From an uncultured Eubacteriales bacterium (GTDB taxonomy: Bacteria > Bacillota > Clostridia > Oscillospirales > Oscillospiraceae): a stretch of DNA of 64,000 bases. This document shows positions 1 to 10,088 of the stretch, one piece after another. Position numbers and translations under genes: made by a program. The notes beneath the pieces were generated by a model. The model was not told the DNA's origin, did no database searches, and saw only the letters and a program-made list of their open reading frames with translations. Within the stretch, counting starts at the first letter, position 1, and each line of letters starts with the position of its first letter. The DNA is taken from assembly GCA_900314485.1 (NCBI GenBank), contig OMVL01000007.1, positions 3,070 through 67,069 on the forward strand, given 5' to 3'.

Positions 1-1271
1 CCGGAGAAGAGGACGTTGTTCTGGAGCACCATGCCGATGCGGCCCCGGAGGTCGTCGAGGGCATAGTCCCGCACATCCCTGCCGTCCAGCAGGATCTCGC
101 CGCCGGTCACGTCGTAGAACCGGGGGATCAGGTTGACCAGCGTGCTCTTGCCCACGCCGGTGCCGCCCACAATGGCCACGGTCTGGCCCGGCTTTGCGGT
201 AAAGCTGATGTTCCGGAGGACGTCGTCGCCGGTGCCGGCGGCCTGATACTTGAAAGAGACGTTGCGAAACTCCACCAGGCCCTTGACGTCGGCGGGCTCT
301 GCGGCGGACTTGCCGTCCTCGATGGAGGGCTCGGTATCCAGCACCTCAAAGATGCGGTCGGCGCAGGCTCTGGCACGGGTGAGCTGCAAGAGCGCCATAC
401 CCACCATCATGACAGAGAAGAGGATGTTGAAGATATAGGTAATGATGCTGGAAAGCTGTCCCACCTCCAGCTCCCCCCGGAGCACCATATTGCCGCCGTT
501 ATAGAGGATGAGCACCGTGGCCACATTGACGCCGATCATCAGCGCCGGGGCCATGAGCAGCATTTTCATCACGGCGTTCAGACCTGCCTGGGTAAATTCG
601 TCGTTGGCGGTCTTGAACTTCTGCTTCTCATAAGGCTGACGGACGAAGGCCTTGACCACCCGAATGGCCACCAGATTTTCCTGAATGACCTGATTGAGGG
701 CGTCGATCTTCTTCTGCATGGTGCGAAACAGGGGCCAGCAGACCTTCATCAAAATGCTCAGCACCACGATCAGGACGGGCAGAATGACCAGCACATAGAC
801 CGCCAGCCTGACGCTGATGGTGAGGGCCACGATAATGGCGACGATCATCATCACGGCGCTGCGCACCAGCATCCGCAGGCAGATGGAGACCACCAGCTGG
901 ATGTTGGTCACGTCGTTGGTCATCCGGGTGATGAGGGAGGCGGAGGAAAAGCGGTCGATGTCGGCAAAGGAGAAGGTGTTGATCTTCTCAAATTCCGCCT
1001 GACGCATGTTAGCGCCCAGACCCTGAGCGGCCTCGGCGGCATATCTGGCGGCGAGAACACCGCCGGCAAGGCTGAGCAGGGACACTGCCAGCATCAGCCC
1101 GCCGTTTCGCAAAATGGCGGTCATATCGCCCTTCTGAATGCCCTCGTCAATAATGGCGGCCATCAGAAGGGGCAAAATCAGCTCACAGACCGTCTCTATC
1201 GCCACTGACAGGGGGGCCAGGACAGCCTGCTTGCGATAGCCCTTGAGAAAGGGGAGCAGTCGTTTGATCAT
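1..1271 (-). CDS. ABC exporter, fused permease plus ATP-binding subunit (partial, runs off left edge)
   Basis: Manual translation from ATG at 1271 (MIKRLLPFLKGY...) gives six TM-like segments, RMTNDVTNIQ and Walker A GGTGVGKST. No stop codon in the window, so it is absent from the ORF track. Confidence 0.93.
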   Translation of the reverse strand, partial: MIKRLLPFLKGYRKQAVLAPLSVAIETVCELILPLLMAAIIDEGIQKGDMTAILRNGGLMLAVSLLSLAGGVLAARYAAEAAQGLGANMRQAEFEKINTFSFADIDRFSSASLITRMTNDVTNIQLVVSICLRMLVRSAVMMIVAIIVALTISVRLAVYVLVILPVLIVVLSILMKVCWPLFRTMQKKIDALNQVIQENLVAIRVVKAFVRQPYEKQKFKTANDEFTQAGLNAVMKMLLMAPALMIGVNVATVLILYNGGNMVLRGELEVGQLSSIITYIFNILFSVMMVGMALLQLTRARACADRIFEVLDTEPSIEDGKSAAEPADVKGLVEFRNVSFKYQAAGTGDDVLRNISFTAKPGQTVAIVGGTGVGKSTLVNLIPRFYDVTGGEILLDGRDVRDYALDDLRGRIGMVLQNNVLFS

Positions 1272-1789
1272 GGGGTCGTTACCTCTCTTTCCGCAGCGCC
1301 CTTCGGGCAGGCGCGGGAGCAGTGCTCCGCCCTGCCGCCGATGGCCTCCATGTTATGCAGCATGCGCAGGTAAAATCCCTCCAGCTGCTCCAGCTCGTCG
1401 GGAGAAAATCCCGCATAGAGCTGCTCATCTACCCGTTTAAAGACGTCGATACACCGGCGCCGGGCGTCTCTGCCCTTTTCCGTAATGGCGATCCGCTTCT
1501 TTCGCCGGTCCACCAAGTCGCTCTGCCGCACCACATAGCCCATCCGCTCCAGTGAGGAGAGAGAGTTGGCAATGGTGGCGGGGGAGACCCGGAGCCTTTG
1601 GGCCAGCTCCTGCTGGCTGGGCAGTGCGCCGTCCTCGTCCTCCTCCCCCAAAAGGAAGAGGATTCGGGGCTGACCTACGTCCTGAAGCCCCTCCGCCGCC
1701 AGGGCAGAGAAGGTGGCGTTGTGCCGGGCCCGGTTGAGCCGGAAAAAAGCGGAGTCCTGCCCCCGGAGCGGGGGAAAACAATGACCCAT
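1268..1789 (-). CDS. MarR-family transcriptional regulator
   Basis: wHTH motif SQQELAQRLRVSPATIANSLSSLERMGYV..DRRKKRIAITEKG; overlaps the start of the ABC gene. Confidence 0.92.
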   Translation of the reverse strand: MGHCFPPLRGQDSAFFRLNRARHNATFSALAAEGLQDVGQPRILFLLGEEDEDGALPSQQELAQRLRVSPATIANSLSSLERMGYVVRQSDLVDRRKKRIAITEKGRDARRRCIDVFKRVDEQLYAGFSPDELEQLEGFYLRMLHNMEAIGGRAEHCSRACPKGAAEREVTTP

Positions 1790-1819
1790 AGACAGACTCC
1801 TTTCCGCGAAACGTAAGCA

Positions 1820-1852
1820 TGCTAATCATTAGCAGGCTTAATAGTTTTAGCA
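1820..1852. promoter_or_regulatory. Probable MarR operator(s)
   Basis: Perfect palindrome TGCTAAT-C-ATTAGCA (1820-1834) plus an imperfect second copy (1836-1852), just upstream of marR. Confidence 0.6.
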
Positions 1853-1957
1853 GATGAGAAATCAAAAGTCAAGGGCTTTCTGCGGGATTTACAGAGTGTT
1901 CATAAACGAAAGGCGGGCGAGTCATGGCTCGTCCGCCTTTCAGTATTCCATGTGTAC

Positions 1958-3130
1958 TCAGATCCTCGCGACTCCCGTCTCCCGTGCTGCCTCCGCTACG
2001 GCGGCGGCCACAGCGTCGGCCACGCCCTCGTCAAAGGCCAGGGGAAGAATGTGCTGGGCATTCAGGTCCTCGTCGCTGACCAGCTCCGCCAGTGCCTGGG
2101 CGGCAGCCAGCTTCATCTGATCGTTGATGTCCGAGGCCCTCACGTCAAAGGCGCCCCGGAAGATGCCGGGGAAGGCCAGCACGTTGTTGATCTGGTTGGG
2201 GAAGTCGGAGCGGCCGGTACCGACGACGGCGGCCCCTGCAGAGAGCGCCACATCCGGCATGATCTCCGGGGTGGGGTTGGCCATGGGGAAGAGAATGGGC
2301 TTGTCCGCCATGGACTGCACCATCTCGTAAGTCACCATGCCGGGGGCGGAGACGCCGATAAACACATCGGCACCCACCAGCATCTCTGCCAGAGAGCCGG
2401 ACCTGCGCTCAAAATTGGTGATGGCGGCGATCTCCTCCTTGGCGGAATTCAGACCCTCACGGCCCTGGTAGATGGCGCCCTTGCGGTCGCACATGATGAC
2501 GTTTTTCAGACCTCTGGCCTGCAGGAGCTTGATAATGGCGATACCCGCAGCGCCCGCCCCGCAGGTGACTACCTTAATGTCCTCCATTTTCTTGCCCACG
2601 ATCTTCAGGGCGTTGGTCAGGGCGGCCAGCACCACCACGGCGGTGCCGTGCTGATCGTCGTGGAAGACGGGGATGTCGCAGCGCTCTTTCAGCTTCCGTT
2701 CGATCTCAAAGCACCGGGGCGCCGCAATGTCCTCCAGATTGACGCCGCCGAAGGAGCCGGAGAGCAGAGCGACGGTATTCACGATCTCGTCCACATCCTT
2801 GGAGCGGATGCACAGCGGCACGGCGTCCACATCGCCAAAGGCCTTGAACAGCACGCACTTGCCCTCCATCACCGGCATGCCCGCCTCGGGGCCGATGTCC
2901 CCCAGACCGAGAACGGCGGTGCCGTCGGTAACCACCGCCACCGTGTTCCAGCGGCCGGTCAGGTCATAGCTCTTATTGATGTCCTTCTGGATCTCCAGAC
3001 AGGGCTGGGCCACGCCGGGGGTATAGGCCAGAGAAAGGGCCTCCCGGTCTTTGACCTCCATCTTGGGTACAGTGGCGAGCTTGCCCGCCCACTGGTAATG
3101 CAGCTTGAGGGATTCCTCTGCGTAATTCAT
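1958..3130 (-). CDS. NAD(P)-dependent malic enzyme
   Basis: Motifs LSLAYTPGVA, VVTDGTAVLGLGDIG, GGVNLEDIAAPRCF, FHDDQHGTA, GRSDFPNQINN. Confidence 0.96.
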   Translation of the reverse strand: MNYAEESLKLHYQWAGKLATVPKMEVKDREALSLAYTPGVAQPCLEIQKDINKSYDLTGRWNTVAVVTDGTAVLGLGDIGPEAGMPVMEGKCVLFKAFGDVDAVPLCIRSKDVDEIVNTVALLSGSFGGVNLEDIAAPRCFEIERKLKERCDIPVFHDDQHGTAVVVLAALTNALKIVGKKMEDIKVVTCGAGAAGIAIIKLLQARGLKNVIMCDRKGAIYQGREGLNSAKEEIAAITNFERRSGSLAEMLVGADVFIGVSAPGMVTYEMVQSMADKPILFPMANPTPEIMPDVALSAGAAVVGTGRSDFPNQINNVLAFPGIFRGAFDVRASDINDQMKLAAAQALAELVSDEDLNAQHILPLAFDEGVADAVAAAVAEAARETGVARI

Positions 3131-3327
3131 GGTTTTTCCGCCTCTCTAAAGTAAAATGCGTATTTTTTCACAAACAAGGTCATTATAGCAATTTTGTTAT
3201 CCCGGCGCAATGGAGAAACGGAAGGAAACGGGAAAGCTTTTCGCAGAAAATCCCCGCTGATTCCGTTGAAAACTTGTGAAAAATCATGTATCCTACGACT
3301 ATATTGACGCTGCGAGGTGACCTGTCC

Positions 3328-4164
3328 ATGCCTGCCGTTCCCCACGACGCCGATAAGCGGGGCTATCTGCTGGAGGAGTACCGGCTCTTCCACCTGAAGG
3401 AGACCCGTGCCCGGCGGTTTTCCTATCACTACCACGAATTTGACAAGGTGGTGGTCTTTCTCTCCGGCCAGGTGACCTACACTGTGGAGGGGAGAGCCTA
3501 TTTTCTCTCCCCCGGCGACCTGCTGTTGGTGCCCCACCACCACATCCACCAGCCGGACATCGGCGGAGCCACCTACGAGCGGTATATCCTCTGGCTCACC
3601 CCGGACTTTCTGGAGGAGATGGGGATGGCGGACTGCTTTCACCGGGCGAGGTCGGAGGGGCATCTGCTCATCCGGCCGGGAGAGGGACAGAGACGCCGGC
3701 TGCTGGAGCTGCTGACCCGGCTGGAGGAGGCCATTGCGGACCGGGACTTCGGCCATCAGCTGCTGAGCCGGACCTACTGCCTCCAGTTCCTCATCGCCCT
3801 CAACCGGGCAGGCCGGGAGGACCGGACGGAAGAACCCTGGGAGACCTACGCCAGCGACCCCAAGATCGAGGAGATCATGGCCCACATCAACACCCACCTC
3901 GCCGACCCCCTCACTGTGACCGACCTGGCTCAGCGGTTTTATCTCTCCGCCTCCTGGCTCATGCATCGCTTTAAGGAGGTCACCGGCTGCTCTGTCCACC
4001 AGTATGTGCTGCAAAAACGGCTCATTCACGCCGCCACCCTCATTCGGGAGGGGGTCCCGGTGATGAAGGCCGCCCGGCGCAGCGGCTTTTCCGACTACTC
4101 CACCTTCCTCCGGGCCTTCCGCAGCGCCTACGGCACCGCACCCAGGAATCTGAAAAGTTCTTGA
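3328..4164 (+). CDS. AraC-family regulator with N-terminal cupin domain
   Basis: YHYHEF cupin motif; C-terminal double HTH ending SGFSDYSTFLRAFR. Start chosen after GAGGTG RBS. Confidence 0.92.
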   Translation: MPAVPHDADKRGYLLEEYRLFHLKETRARRFSYHYHEFDKVVVFLSGQVTYTVEGRAYFLSPGDLLLVPHHHIHQPDIGGATYERYILWLTPDFLEEMGMADCFHRARSEGHLLIRPGEGQRRRLLELLTRLEEAIADRDFGHQLLSRTYCLQFLIALNRAGREDRTEEPWETYASDPKIEEIMAHINTHLADPLTVTDLAQRFYLSASWLMHRFKEVTGCSVHQYVLQKRLIHAATLIREGVPVMKAARRSGFSDYSTFLRAFRSAYGTAPRNLKSS

Positions 4165-4476
4165 CAAAACTTTTCCCGTGCAAAGAGCTGTAAAGGTCAT
4201 GGGCTTTTTTGGCGGAGCCTGCCGGTTTATGAATAAAGTGTTACGTCAACCTGTCCGGTGCATAAAATTCGGCGGGCTGCGGAAGGGAAGCTGTGCAAAA
4301 CCCTGTGCAAAATGTGCAAAACTTTTGGGGTGGGGTGAATCATCTCAAAAACAGGCACATTTTTGGGGGATGCATATTTGTATATACACTCCTGCACACC
4401 GGGACATAATAAAAAAAGAAAACCGTGAGATACCCCGCAGGCGGGATATTTCACGGTTTGAACTTTTTGGCGGAAT

Positions 4477-5877
4477 TCAGCTCTTGTTCGCCATGCGCTC
4501 TGTAATGACCTGAGCCACCTTGATGCCGGAGGCGCCGGCCTGGGCCAGTCCTCTGGTGGTGCCGGCCCCGTCGCCGATGGCGAAAAAGCCGGTCATGGGG
4601 GTCTCCAGCTCGTTGGTCAGCTGGATGCGGCTGGAGTAGAACTTGACCTCCGCCCCGTAGAGCAGTGTATCATAGTTGGCGGTGCCGGGGGCCAGCTTGT
4701 CCAGAGCGTAGATCATCTCAATGATGTCGTCCAGATGCCGCTTGGGCAGGCTCAGGGACAGGTCGCCGGGCACGGCGGCCTTCAGCGTGGGCTGGACGAA
4801 GGACTTGCTCATCCGGTGGTCGTTGGTCCGCCTTCCCCCCACCAGATCGCCGAAGCGCTGGACCAGCACGCCGCCGGCCAGCATGTTGCTGAGAGAGGCC
4901 ACGTGCTTACCGTAGCGGTAGGGCTCGTTGAAGGGGGTGGAGAAGCGGTTGGAGACCAGCAGGGCGAAGTTGGTATTTTCGCTCTGGAGGGCAGGATCGG
5001 AGTAGGAGTGGCCGTTGACGGTGACGATGCCCTCCACGTTCTCCGCCACCACGTGGCCGTAGGGGTTCATGCAGAAGGTGCGGACCTGGTCTCCGTACTG
5101 CTTGGTGCGGTAGATCAGCTTGGACTCATAGACCACATCGGTGATGTGCTGAAAGACCTTGGCGGGCAGCTCCACCCGGACGCCGATGTCCACCTGGTTG
5201 TTGATGAGGGGGATGCCCAGACCCTTGCACTGGTCGGCAAACCACTCTGCGCCGGAGCGGCCGGGGGCCGCCACCAGATAACCGCAGTCAAAGTCCTCGC
5301 CCCGGGTGACCAGACGGTAGCCGCCCTCAGGGAGGACCTCGATCTTCTCCACGGCAGTGTGAAAGCGGAAGTCCACCTTGTCCTTCAGATACTCATAGAT
5401 GTTGGCCAGGATGCGCAGGTTGTTCTCCGTGCCCAGATGCTTGCACTTGGCCTGGAGGAGGTGGAGGTCATACTTCAGTGCCTCCCGTTCCAGGGCCAGG
5501 GCCTCCGGCGTGGTGGTGGAATAGACCTTGTCCGTAGCGCCGAAGCGGACGTTGACCGAGTCTACGTAGTGAATAAGGTCCATGACCTCCGTTTCTGTCA
5601 TATAGTCGGTGAGCCAGCCGCCGAAGGCGGTGGTAAAATTGAACTTGCCGTCCGAGAAAGCGCCCGCGCCGCCGAAGCCGGACATGGTGCCGCAGGTCTT
5701 GCAGCCGATGCAGTGGTCCACCTTGCCCTGGACGATGGGGCAGGTCCGGGAGTAGATGTCCGCCCCCTGCTCCAGTACAATGACCTTCAGCTGGGGACAG
5801 CGCTTTGTCAGCTCATAGCTTGCAAAGACGCCCGCCTCACCGCAGCCGATGATGACCACATCTGCTCGTGTGCTCAT
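4477..5877 (-). CDS. NAD(P)/FAD-dependent oxidoreductase (COG2509-like, Cys-cluster insert)
   Basis: Rossmann motif VVIIGCGEAG, CPI...HCIGCKTC, GFGGAGAFSDGK, GDGAGTTRGL. Confidence 0.85.
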   Translation of the reverse strand: MSTRADVVIIGCGEAGVFASYELTKRCPQLKVIVLEQGADIYSRTCPIVQGKVDHCIGCKTCGTMSGFGGAGAFSDGKFNFTTAFGGWLTDYMTETEVMDLIHYVDSVNVRFGATDKVYSTTTPEALALEREALKYDLHLLQAKCKHLGTENNLRILANIYEYLKDKVDFRFHTAVEKIEVLPEGGYRLVTRGEDFDCGYLVAAPGRSGAEWFADQCKGLGIPLINNQVDIGVRVELPAKVFQHITDVVYESKLIYRTKQYGDQVRTFCMNPYGHVVAENVEGIVTVNGHSYSDPALQSENTNFALLVSNRFSTPFNEPYRYGKHVASLSNMLAGGVLVQRFGDLVGGRRTNDHRMSKSFVQPTLKAAVPGDLSLSLPKRHLDDIIEMIYALDKLAPGTANYDTLLYGAEVKFYSSRIQLTNELETPMTGFFAIGDGAGTTRGLAQAGASGIKVAQVITERMANKS

Positions 5878-6073
5878 TTCTTTTGTCCCTCCTTAGAGAT
5901 GATCTGACCCGAAAGTCAGAATAAATTCCAAACATTTCTTACATTATAACGCATTGCGTCAACAGATGGTATCTTTTTAGAAAAATTTATGGTAAAATCC
6001 TAGATGAATTTTTGTTCCAGCCTGATGGAACAGGCGCGCTGCGCCAAAAGCCGAAAGGACGTGACTCATTACC

Positions 6074-6970
6074 ATGTATCCGCAAAACCGACGAGAACTG
6101 CGCAGCTGCTACAGCCGGGCGGCCTGGGCGCTGATGGCCTATCTGGTGCTGATGGAGCTGTTTATCTATCTGAGCTATATCCCCTATTTCCTCGGGGCCT
6201 ATGACCTGTATTACAGCGTGGGCTATGACGAGGCGGTCAATGCCGTTATTGTATTTTTCCCCGGCATCATTGCCTTCGGGCTGGTTCTCCGGCCCCTGCC
6301 AAAGCCCCGAATTCACGGCAAGCCGCCTAAGGCGAAGGACGTGATCGTCTGCCTCATTGTGGCAATGGGCTTTCTCTATATTGCCAGCACCGTCACCGAC
6401 TTCCTGCTGGCGGGTACCGAGACGGTGGACTACGCCAACGAGTCCGTGGCGGAGGAGCCGTTCTATATGGCCTTGATTTTCACTGTCATCATTGCACCCC
6501 TCTCCGAGGAGTTCCTCTTCCGCAAGCTGCTGCTGGACCGGCTGCTGTTTTTGGGTGACTGGTCTGCCCTGCTGGTCTCCGCCCTCTTTTTCGGCCTGTT
6601 CCACACCAATCTGTACCAGTTCCTCTACGCCACCGCCGTGGGCCTGGTCATGGGCTATGTCCACATCATGACCGGCAAGATGCGCTGGAATGTGGGATTG
6701 CATATGTTTATCAACCTGTTTTGCGGTGTGCTCATCGGTTACCTGCCGGACTATGACTGGGTCTGGATACTGGTGGAGCTGTTTATCTTCTTCACCATGA
6801 TCTTTGCCATCATCTATGTGCTCATCAAACGGCCCTGGCGCCGGTTCTACTCCGGACCCATGGCCAGGGTGACCCCTGGGGAAAAGCGGATCGCCTGCTT
6901 CACCTCCGTGCCCCTGTGGGTGTGTATCGTTGTCCACCTGGGGCTTTCCGTGTATTACATCAGGATCTGA
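6074..6970 (+). CDS. CPBP (CAAX/Abi) family intramembrane metalloprotease
   Basis: APLSEEFLFR, FGLFH and HMFINL motifs within a multi-TM protein. Confidence 0.9.
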   Translation: MYPQNRRELRSCYSRAAWALMAYLVLMELFIYLSYIPYFLGAYDLYYSVGYDEAVNAVIVFFPGIIAFGLVLRPLPKPRIHGKPPKAKDVIVCLIVAMGFLYIASTVTDFLLAGTETVDYANESVAEEPFYMALIFTVIIAPLSEEFLFRKLLLDRLLFLGDWSALLVSALFFGLFHTNLYQFLYATAVGLVMGYVHIMTGKMRWNVGLHMFINLFCGVLIGYLPDYDWVWILVELFIFFTMIFAIIYVLIKRPWRRFYSGPMARVTPGEKRIACFTSVPLWVCIVVHLGLSVYYIRI

Positions 6971-7512
6971 CCGAGCAGGATCTTTATCCCCAGCCCAATG
7001 AGGATCAGTCCCCCTGCCAGACCTGCCCAGCGCTGCCACCGGCCTCCCAATTGCCGGCCCAGCAGCCCCGCCAGGGCGGAGAGGGAGAAGGCCACCGCTC
7101 CGATGGTCCCGGCGGCAGAGAGCAGTCCCGTCTCCAAATAGGCCAGAGACACCCCGGCGGCCAATGCGTCCAGACTGGTGGCCAGGGCCAGAGCGGCCAG
7201 AGAGGGAACAGAGAGGTCATACCGGCCTGCGCCCTCCTCCTTCGGGGGAGAGACCGCCGCCCACACCATGCGCCCACCCAGGAAGGCCAGCAGCCCGAAG
7301 GCCAAAAGACAGCCCGCCTGCCACAGCAGCAGGCTGATCTGCCGGCCGAACAGGCCGCCCAGCAGCGTCATCCCCATCTGAAAGCCCCCAAACCAGAGGC
7401 CGATGGTCAGCCCCTCCCCCAGCCGCAGGCCGCCGGACTGGACGCCGCAGCAGAGGGCGGCGGCAAAGGCGTCCATAGCCAGGGTGAGGGCCAGCAAAAA
7501 TACAGAGAGCAT
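6955..7512 (-). CDS. mntP: Manganese efflux pump MntP family
   Basis: LAMDAFAAAL, FGGFQMGM, ATSLDALAAG, GLILIGLGIKIL. Confidence 0.85.
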   Translation of the reverse strand: MLSVFLLALTLAMDAFAAALCCGVQSGGLRLGEGLTIGLWFGGFQMGMTLLGGLFGRQISLLLWQAGCLLAFGLLAFLGGRMVWAAVSPPKEEGAGRYDLSVPSLAALALATSLDALAAGVSLAYLETGLLSAAGTIGAVAFSLSALAGLLGRQLGGRWQRWAGLAGGLILIGLGIKILLGQILM

Positions 7513-7580
7513 AGATCATTCCTCCTTATTCTGCACCTATCTTATGCAGACAAGTCCCCTTTCACACCGAGGAGTCCCAT

Positions 7581-8024
7581 ATGAGCGATGAATTTTATAT
7601 GACAGAGGCCCTCCGCCTGGCCCGGGCGGCCGGGAAGTGCGGAGATGTGCCGGTGGGTTGTGTGATCGTCCGGGGCGGGGAGATCGTCGGCCGGGGCCGT
7701 AACCGCCGGGAGGAGATCCACGACGCCACCGCCCACGCAGAGCTGGAGGCCCTGCGTCAGGCCTCCCAGTCCCTGGGCCGCTGGCGGCTGAGCGACTGCA
7801 CCCTCTACGTCACGCTGGAGCCCTGCCCCATGTGCGCCGGGGCAATCTGGAACGCCCGCATCGGACGGGTGGTCTTTGGAGCGGCGGACGAAAAGGCGGG
7901 CTGCTGCGGGTCCAGGCTCCATTTGGGCCTGGAGGGCTTCCGCCCCTCGGCGGAGATCACGGGCGGCGTCCTCCGGGAGGAGTGCGCCCAAGTGCTGGGC
8001 GAGTTCTTCCGGCAGCTGCGCTGA
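7581..8024 (+). CDS. tadA: tRNA adenosine(34) deaminase
   Basis: HAE and LEPCPMC zinc motifs, GDVPVG. Confidence 0.9.
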   Translation: MSDEFYMTEALRLARAAGKCGDVPVGCVIVRGGEIVGRGRNRREEIHDATAHAELEALRQASQSLGRWRLSDCTLYVTLEPCPMCAGAIWNARIGRVVFGAADEKAGCCGSRLHLGLEGFRPSAEITGGVLREECAQVLGEFFRQLR

Positions 8025-8248
8025 GAAAAAGTTTATTCTTTTGTAACATTTTATTGCGAACATTTGTAATAACTCTGTGGCACACTAAAAGCAGTACAAA
8101 GCAGTATTCCGTTTTTCATTTTTCTCCTCCTTTCTTGGGCCGCCGGCATTGAAAAATGCCGGCGGCTCTTTTGCGGCGGTAAAAGCACAACGCCCCCATC
8201 CCGGAACCTTCCTGTTCCGAAATGGGGGCGTTATTCTGATGCAGGGAT

Positions 8249-10060
8249 TTACTTCAGATCCGCCTGATCCACCAGTGTAATGGTGATCTCCAGCTCTTCC
8301 AGCTCCCCGTCCTCATCCGGACGGAGGATCACCAGATCCAGCTTCCCGCCGATGCCGACCTCTGCCAGCATGGGCCGGACCTCCTCTACGGAGACCACCT
8401 CCTGACCGTTGATGGAAAAGATATAGTCTCCCACCCGCAGCCCCTGCTCCTCGGCATTGGAGGCGGCGTTGATGGAGGATACATACAGCCCCTTGGTGGG
8501 CTCGCCCAGCCGCTGGGCGGTCTTTTCGTCAATGCCCACGCAGGTGATGCCCAGTACCGGGCGGCTCACCTTGCCCTCGGCGGAGAGAATGGGGATGATC
8601 GTTTTGACCACCGAGGTGGGGACGGCAAAGCCCAGCCCCTCCACAGTCACATCGGTAGAGACCATCTTCATGTTGTTCACACCCACCACCTGGCCGTAGA
8701 TGTTCAGCAGCGGACCGCCGGAGTTGCCGGAATTGAGGGCGGCGGTGGTCTGCAGCAGGGTCATGCCGTAGGTGTTCATGGTCACGTTCCGGTTGATGGC
8801 GGAGATGATGCCGTTGGTGAGGGTGCCCCGCAGCTCAGTGCCCAGAGGGTCGCCGATGGCCAGAGCCTCGTCGCCCACCGTCAGCTCGTCCGAGTCGCCG
8901 AACTCGGCGGGCTGAAGTCCCTGGGCGTCAATTTTGAGCACGGCCAGATCGGTCTGGGCGTCGCCTCCCACCAGAAGGGCGTCATAAGTCTTGCCGTCCC
9001 AGGTGGTGACCTCGCAGGAGGCGCCTCCCTGCACCACATGCTGGCAGGTGAGGATATAGCCGTCCTCAGTCATAATAATGCCGGTGCCGGTGCCGCCGCC
9101 TCCGTTGTCGTCATAGACGGTGATGGATACCGTGGAGGGCAGGCAGAGGGTGTAGATCTCCTGATAGCTCAGCGGTTCCTTGCCTGCGGCGGTGTGGACA
9201 TCCAGCGTGAGAGAGCCGTCCGGCTCCGCCCGGGGAATGGTGGTATCCCCCTGGGACTCAGAGGATTCGGAGGACTCGCCGCCCTCCTCTGAGTCGTCCC
9301 AGGGCGTACCGCTCCAGGGAAAGCCCCAGCTGCCCCGGCTGTCCTGCCCGTCGTCGTTCCCGTCGTCGTCGCGGTGAAAGTGGTCCTCCCACCGGTCCGA
9401 GCGGTCGTCATCCCAGGCATCGGAGGAGCCGGCGCTGTCCTCACTGCCGGAGGCGAAGAGATAGCGGTCAAAGACCATCCCCACGACAAACACCAGTAGC
9501 GCCAGGGCGCAGACCACAATGCCCAGCGCCACTGTGTTCCGGCTCTTCTGCCGGCCCTCCGGGGCGGGAGGGGGCGTGGGGTAGGAATAGCGCAGGCTGT
9601 TGTCCACCGGCGGCTCCGGGGGCTTGGGCGGGATGGTATAGCCGGGGAGGATGGGCTCCGGCGCCGGGCGGCCCGGCTCCACTTTCTGATCCCCGTAGAC
9701 GGGAGACCAGACCGGCGGCTGCCCCTGGGCAGGCTTGGGAGCCGCTGAAGGAGCGGCGGCGTCAAAGCGGGGCTGTGCGCCAAGATCAGGCTGGGCGTTG
9801 AAAGCGGGCTGCGCTCCCACCGAAGGCTCGGCGGTAAAGGAAGGCTGCTCCCCTACTCCGGGCTGTGCGTCAAAGGAGGGCTCAGGGCCGGCGGAGGGCG
9901 GGTCGGAAAAGTGGGTCTGATCGCCGAACGGAGTCTGATCGGCAAAGTGGGTCTGCCCCTCAAACTGAGGCGGCTGCCCCAGGGAGGGCTGGGCATAGAC
10001 GGGCCGGGGTTCCGGCCCGGTCTCTCCCGGGGAAGAGGTTTGGATCTCGTCGTCAAACAT
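8249..10060 (-). CDS. htrA: Membrane-anchored HtrA/DegP serine protease with PDZ domain and long disordered N-terminus
   Basis: Catalytic triad TCQHVV / TDLAVLK / GNSGGP; one TM helix; C-terminal PDZ. Start at ATG 10060 after an AGAGG RBS. Confidence 0.9.
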   Translation of the reverse strand: MFDDEIQTSSPGETGPEPRPVYAQPSLGQPPQFEGQTHFADQTPFGDQTHFSDPPSAGPEPSFDAQPGVGEQPSFTAEPSVGAQPAFNAQPDLGAQPRFDAAAPSAAPKPAQGQPPVWSPVYGDQKVEPGRPAPEPILPGYTIPPKPPEPPVDNSLRYSYPTPPPAPEGRQKSRNTVALGIVVCALALLVFVVGMVFDRYLFASGSEDSAGSSDAWDDDRSDRWEDHFHRDDDGNDDGQDSRGSWGFPWSGTPWDDSEEGGESSESSESQGDTTIPRAEPDGSLTLDVHTAAGKEPLSYQEIYTLCLPSTVSITVYDDNGGGGTGTGIIMTEDGYILTCQHVVQGGASCEVTTWDGKTYDALLVGGDAQTDLAVLKIDAQGLQPAEFGDSDELTVGDEALAIGDPLGTELRGTLTNGIISAINRNVTMNTYGMTLLQTTAALNSGNSGGPLLNIYGQVVGVNNMKMVSTDVTVEGLGFAVPTSVVKTIIPILSAEGKVSRPVLGITCVGIDEKTAQRLGEPTKGLYVSSINAASNAEEQGLRVGDYIFSINGQEVVSVEEVRPMLAEVGIGGKLDLVILRPDEDGELEELEITITLVDQADLK

Positions 10061-10088
10061 GGTGTTGCTTCCTCTCTGCCAGAGGTGT

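Noticed and set aside
7513-7580. Possible yybP-ykoY Mn riboswitch before mntP
   Set aside because: Only 68 bp separate mntP from divergent tadA; no motif seen.
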